From the NCBI RefSeq assembly GCF_009914755.1, contig NC_060943.1: 64,000 bases of DNA. The stretch is one strand, 5' to 3'. Origin of the DNA: the human T2T-CHM13v2.0 reference genome, Homo sapiens. The notes beneath the pieces were generated by a model. The model made no database searches, had not been told where the DNA came from, and saw only the letters and a list, made by a program, of their open reading frames with translations. Positions 56,252 to 64,000 of this stretch are shown here, one piece after another. Position 1 is the first letter of the stretch; each line of letters begins with the position of its first letter. The position numbers and the translations under genes were made by a program.

Positions 56252-56370
56252 GCGGGGACGGCCCAGGAGCGGAGGAGCAGACAGCGGTGGCCATCACCAG
56301 CGTCCAGCAGGCGGCGTTCGGCGACCACAACATCCAGTACCAGTTCCGCACAGAGACAAATGGAGGACAG
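56252..56370 (+). CDS. USF2: USF2 exon 3
   Basis: GGDGPGAEEQTAVAITSVQQAAFGDHNIQYQFRTETNGGQ; 119 nt. Confidence 0.96.
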
Positions 56371-56473
56371 GTGAGCGGCGGGCCGCGAGGGCGAACGGGC
56401 GGGCGGGCGGGCGCGCCGGGAAGGCTCGGACCTGGCCCCAGCGCCGGCCTCGCCGCTCTGCCGCCCCCTGCAG

Positions 56474-56674
56474 GTGACATACCGCGTAGTCCAGGTGACT
56501 GATGGTCAGCTGGACGGCCAGGGCGACACAGCTGGCGCCGTCAGCGTCGTGTCCACCGCTGCCTTCGCGGGGGGGCAGCAGGCTGTGACCCAGGTGGGTG
56601 TGGACGGGGCAGCCCAGCGCCCGGGCCCCGCCGCTGCCTCTGTGCCCCCAGGTCCTGCAGCGCCCTTCCCGCTG
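56474..56674 (+). CDS. USF2: USF2 exon 4 (67-codon exon skipped in USF2b)
   Basis: VTYRVVQVTDGQLDG...AAPFPL; 201 nt, phase 0-0. Confidence 0.94.
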
Positions 56675-57117
56675 GTAGGTGCCCTGCCACCCCTGGGTGG
56701 GGGGGGGAGGGAGTGGAGAGGGGACACTGGCTCTGCTCTTGGGGAGCCCCGGGGGTGGGGCAGGTGTCGCCCAGCGGATGCTGCCTTCAGGCCTCAGGCT
56801 GCATGGGGCCAGATCCCTGTTGTGCACCGTGAAACCTGGGGACAGTGCTCTTGGAATTTTTTTTTCCCGCAAAATGGGAATGATGTGTCTTAAGAGGAAA
56901 GTTTCTTAGAGTGCGAAACGGATTTGCTCAGCAAGTGATCGCTGACCTCCCGCCATGTTCCAGGGCTGTTTGAAACACAGGACAGAATGCTACACGCAGA
57001 AGGAGTCCCCACTCCTGTTAATTGCAGAGAATGCAGTAAACCCCAAGCACAGCAATGAGGGGACGGGATGGAGGAACAGAGAAAGCTAAGGGTAGCCTCT
57101 GCCCTCCTACTCCCCAG

Positions 57118-57268
57118 GCTGTGATCCAAAATCCCTTCAGCAATGGTGGCAGTCCGGCGGCCGAGGCTGTCAGCGGGGAGGCACGATTTGCCTATTTCCC
57201 AGCGTCCAGTGTGGGAGATACTACGGCTGTGTCCGTACAGACCACAGACCAGAGCTTGCAGGCTGGAG
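57118..57268 (+). CDS. USF2: USF2 exon 5
   Basis: AVIQNPFSNGGSP...TTDQSLQAG; 151 nt. Confidence 0.96.
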
Positions 57269-57388
57269 GTGAGGAGTAGAAGTCAGATTGGCAGGTGGGG
57301 GAGGCAACGGGCCCAGCAGGGAGGGAAGCCCCCCCAGCCAGTTCTGACTTCACCCTGCCTTGCCACTAACCCCCCACTCTCCCTGCAG

Positions 57389-57476
57389 GCCAGTTCTACG
57401 TCATGATGACGCCCCAGGATGTGCTTCAGACAGGAACACAGAGGACGATCGCCCCCCGGACACACCCTTACTCTCC
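57389..57476 (+). CDS. USF2: USF2 exon 6 (USF-specific region)
   Basis: GQFYVMMTPQDVLQTGTQRTIAPRTHPYS; 88 nt. Confidence 0.96.
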
Positions 57477-57753
57477 GTATGTGCAGGGGACACCTGGAGG
57501 GCCTGGTGTTGAAATGGAAGGAAGAGGGGTTTCTGGAGTAGAAGCTGGGCAGTTAGCATGAAGTGGGCACATGGTGTAATGTTTTTTTTCTTTGCCTGTT
57601 TCTGCTGCTCTAGTGCACATAAAGTATCATGTCTTTTGTTTTTGCAGATGGATTTACCTTGCAAAGATAATTTTCAAATCTAATACTTAGCAGATGCTTG
57701 GGCAAACAGCTCTGCGATAATACATGCCCCCTTTTTTTTTCCTCCTCTTGTAG

Positions 57754-57812
57754 AAAAATTGATGGAACCAGAACACCCCGAGATGAGAGGAGAAGAGCCC
57801 AGCACAACGAAG
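57754..57812 (+). CDS. USF2: USF2 exon 7 (start of bHLH basic region); later exons outside window
   Basis: PKIDGTRTPRDERRRAQHNE; donor G|GTGAGG; no HLH-Zip exon seen up to 64000. Confidence 0.95.
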
Positions 57813-60236
57813 GTGAGGACAAGGTGTGGCTCCGGGTCCCCCTGACCACCACCCTCACAGGCTCAGCCAGCCCTGGAGTGTGGAGTGACAGAGAGAGAAG
57901 CCACTCCTGGGCAGGCCACGAGTGCTCCAGAGGGCTTTGCTGGACGCTGTAAAGGTAGAAAGTGAGCAACGAGGGGAGAGTACAGTGTCAGAAGTAGAGG
58001 GACAGGGAGTGTGAATTGGAACTGGCCATTTGTTGACCCGGCTGGTGATCTTGAATTCATGGCCCACATCTAAGATGGTGGACTTCACACTCCCATACGG
58101 ATTGCCTGCCCCACTTGAAAAATGGGGCTGACCGGGCTCACGTGGGCTGACCTTTCCACGTGGCAGCTGTCATGCTCACATCCCGCACTCCCATGCCTGC
58201 CTGGCCTCCAGAAGTAGGTCTGTTCCCCCAGGGAGCACATCTGAGGGAGAAACTGCATGAAGTTCTGCCTCTGGCTACCTAAGGCCGGAGCATCCTGCCC
58301 TTTCCAGAAACACCAGGTCTCACCTCAGGTCATTTGGCCTTCAGCACTGTCCCGCCCCGCCTGTCAGTAGCCACTGCAGTGGGCACAGCACTGTGCAAGT
58401 GCCAGGAGAGTGCTTACACCCAAACAACCATCATTCAACAAATATTTACTGCCCGTGGGTTCTGGGCTGAGCGGCACAGGCCCTGTGCCAGGTCTGGAGT
58501 CTGGCCTGGAGCGTCAGGGAGGCTCAAAGGCCTGAGGGCTTATGTCTCATGGGTCTCATGGGACATTGATGGGGGGTGGGCTGGGGTGACGCTTCCCTAG
58601 GGAGAGGGGAGTGTGGGTCAGGTTACTTTGTGGGGTGCTGGTTTGGTTGTGGGAGAAGTTCCATTTAGAATGCCTCAGGAGGGAAGATCGGGAAGGCCTC
58701 GAATGCCCGAGTGAGGGGCTGAATGCTGAGTCCTAAAGGTGGTGATGGGACTGGGGTCTGTGGCCCAGGTAGTTGTGTTCTGAGCAGCTCCTCCCTGAGT
58801 TCAGGCGTTCATTCAGCGCGTGCATACTACGACCAGCCCCCCTTTTGCGTCCTCAGATATGGCAATGCAGCAGATGATAGGACAGACAAGGTCTCAGCTC
58901 TCTGTGCGCGTTCTGGTGGGAGAGATGGGAGTCACACAGCCGCATCAGGCAGTGCAGGCAGTCACAGGCAGGAGAGGAAAGCTGGGGAAGAAGGTGGCGG
59001 GTGATGGCGGCATGGTAGTGTGCTCTGAAGGGCTCTTCGAGAGGTGACATTGAAGCAGATCCCTGAAGCGACCTGAGGGAAGGGGCCTGTTGAGAACCTC
59101 AGGAGAGTCCCGGGCAGAGGGAAGAGCTAGGACACAGGCCAGGCCCTGAGCCAGGGCCGCCATGGTGTGTCTGCAGAAGAGCAGAATTCAGGAAAGGAAA
59201 GAGGAAGTTGGCGCAGTGGAGGGGGCTGCCCAGGCCAGATGGTGGAGGACCTTGGAAGAAGTCCCCAGTGTGGCTGTCTGGGCTCCTGTGGTTTTATTCC
59301 AGGGTGATGAGAAGCCAGCAGAGGGGTTTGGGTTGTGGAGGCTGTTGGCAAGAGTGGTGGGAAGGGGCTGGGAGGTAGGAGACCATACGACTGTCAGGCC
59401 TGAGACAGGGCAGGGGTTGGGGGAAATGTGGGGAGGACTCCAAGGCTGGAGAATAAGGGTTTCGTGCTGAACTCCCCTCCATGCTTGGAAGGGAAGGGGT
59501 GCATCTGAGCTTGGTTTTGAGATGCAGTGAGTTTGAGGGGCCCCCAGAGCAGCCCCAGCCCCACGACTTACCTGTGGTGGGGCGTCAGGGTGGTTCTTAA
59601 TCTCCGTACCTGTCTTCCCTCTGTGAAATGGTGGAAGCACAGCCGCCCCGGGCACCTGGTGGGGATGCAGTGAGTCTTGGTGGCCACACAGTAAGGCGAA
59701 GAGAGGACTCAGAACCCTCCCACCCCACTCTCACCCCCGCCTCTCCCTTAGTTAATCTGACTCCAGGCAGCCTTGAAACTTTCTCACCCTGTGAAGCAGT
59801 CTTCATCACCTGCCCACTTCTCCAGCTCCGTCCTGTCTCCGCTTTCCTGACTTGCAGAGCATCTGCCCCAATCTGCTCATCCTCCCAGTACCCTCAGCCA
59901 TCTGGCTCATGGCTCTACCAAAACAGCTCCACTTCCGGTCACCCGTGGTGACCCCATTGCCACATCCACTGGCCTCCTTTGCTGTCTGGGCTCCAAGCAT
60001 CTGATGCTGCCTGTTTCCCTCTGTTCCTTTCTGGAATCTTCCTTTCTCCTCCATCCTCTCTGATTCTCCTGTGATCTTTGCCTTTCCTACCCCACTGTTA
60101 ACAGTGAAATTTCCAGGGCTGTCCCAGTTCCAAGTGAGTAGATGGGGGTGCCGGGGAATCTGTGTTTTCCATCAGCTCTTCAGGTGATTTGTCATAGTGG
60201 ACAAGCTTGAGAAACTGCTTTGGCTGCGAGTGTTTC

Positions 60237-63033
<2,797 letters not shown>

Positions 63034-64000
63034 TTCTGAATTTTAAGTTTCCTATGGAGTAACTGAAGTGCTTCTGTGGAATGAACGTGGCCTTGGTCCT
63101 AATGGGTCTTCCTGTATTTCAAATGTGCCATGATGGTCTTCCGAAGCCACAGGCTGGACAGCATTACCGCCTGCTAATGTCAGGGCCTGGATTCAAGGGC
63201 CTGGGACTCTGGAGGAGGAGGAGATGCGGTCCTGACCTGCGAGCAGAGCACACAAGGCCTTGACAACCGATCTTTACAACCTTTTCCCACCCCTGCATAC
63301 CCTGAAATGGTTTTCAGGCCACCATTTCTGGGATCTTCCCAGCTGCCTGCCTTAGAGTCTTTCTCTCAGAAACCAGCCCGAATGTTTCCTGGATCTCTGA
63401 GGATTCATCCCACCCCCATTCCCATGCAGAGGCCATGGCTCGGCGCCTGGCGTTCCCGAGGCACTTTGTACCATCTTCAGTGATGACACGAATGCAATGG
63501 GGTTAGTGCCACTTGCCCACAGTGGTGCTGCGAGTGCCCATGGGGCGCACCGGGGCTGCTTCCACCCTGGACCCCAGCCTGGCGGAGGGCCTGGCACATA
63601 GTAGGGCGGGGAGTAGGTGTGTAAGAAGTAAGCTTGCTCTGGAGAGGATGTAGCTGCAGCCGGCGCCCAGCTCTCGAGAGGACTGTGGGAGGGCAGAGGC
63701 TGAAACGAGGCCGCCTGCCGAGTTCCTCCACAGACCCCTGGGCGAGGAGCGCTCTGCTGGGGACTGCGCCAGCGGTGCCTCCAGGCCTGGACTCTCAGCT
63801 CCGCTGCTGCTTTTGGCCAGAGTTCCCAAAGGCGGGTGTGGTTGTCTTTGGTGGGAAGGTTCAGCGCACCGCGATAGTAATAGGGGAGCAAGCACTCGCT
63901 GAGCCCAGTGCAGGGCCTGGACCGTGCTCCATAGCAAGCACTGATCTTGGGCTATTGGTTTTGGAGGAAAGAGGGAGCACAAGGATGGAAGGGGCCAGGG

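Larger units (their letters stand above)
53780..56680. promoter_or_regulatory. CpG island spanning LSR exons 9-10, USF2 promoter and USF2 exons 1-4
   Basis: Extreme GC/CpG content; NRF1 TGCGCATGCGC at 54851-54861; many GC boxes; E-box TCACATGAC at 55586-55594. Confidence 0.9.

Noticed and set aside
54467-56328. Long ORFs including the 430-aa 54797-56089
   Set aside because: Stop-poor GC-rich island sequence, low-complexity R/P/G/A, open in several frames at once
57477-57753. USF2 intron 6 as a U12 intron
   Set aside because: Donor is GTATGT rather than GTATCCT; ordinary polypyrimidine acceptor

Overview
Human genomic DNA, recognisable as the chr19q13.12 FAM187B-LSR-USF2 interval (HAMP should lie just beyond the right edge). 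Minus strand: two-exon FAM187B (15321-14600 joined to 11866-11479, 369 aa). About 3.6 kb upstream sits a disabled paralogous copy of exon 1 only (FAM187B2P, 19650-18934), which keeps the same phase-2 donor but has no second exon of its own. Plus strand: complete 10-exon LSR/angulin-1 (35531-54531; 650 aa from the first ATG in this haplotype), then USF2 exons 1-7 (55773-57812; the gene runs off the window). The rest is about 45-50 Alus (one AluYa5), a near-full-length ancient L1, ERV1/MaLR LTRs, MIR/L2 and hAT remnants. Best leads: (1) a variable-first-exon/shared-constant-exon design at FAM187B with a thrombospondin-type-1-like module in each variable exon; (2) an in-frame internal donor in USF2 exon 4 and an in-frame Kozak ATG in USF2 intron 1; (3) an open frame across LSR introns 6+7; (4) a tiny polyadenylated insert in USF2 intron 7. 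Exon boundaries were read from the sequence and phase-checked. Repeat boundaries and subfamilies are by eye and approximate. Comparisons with reference proteins are from memory.
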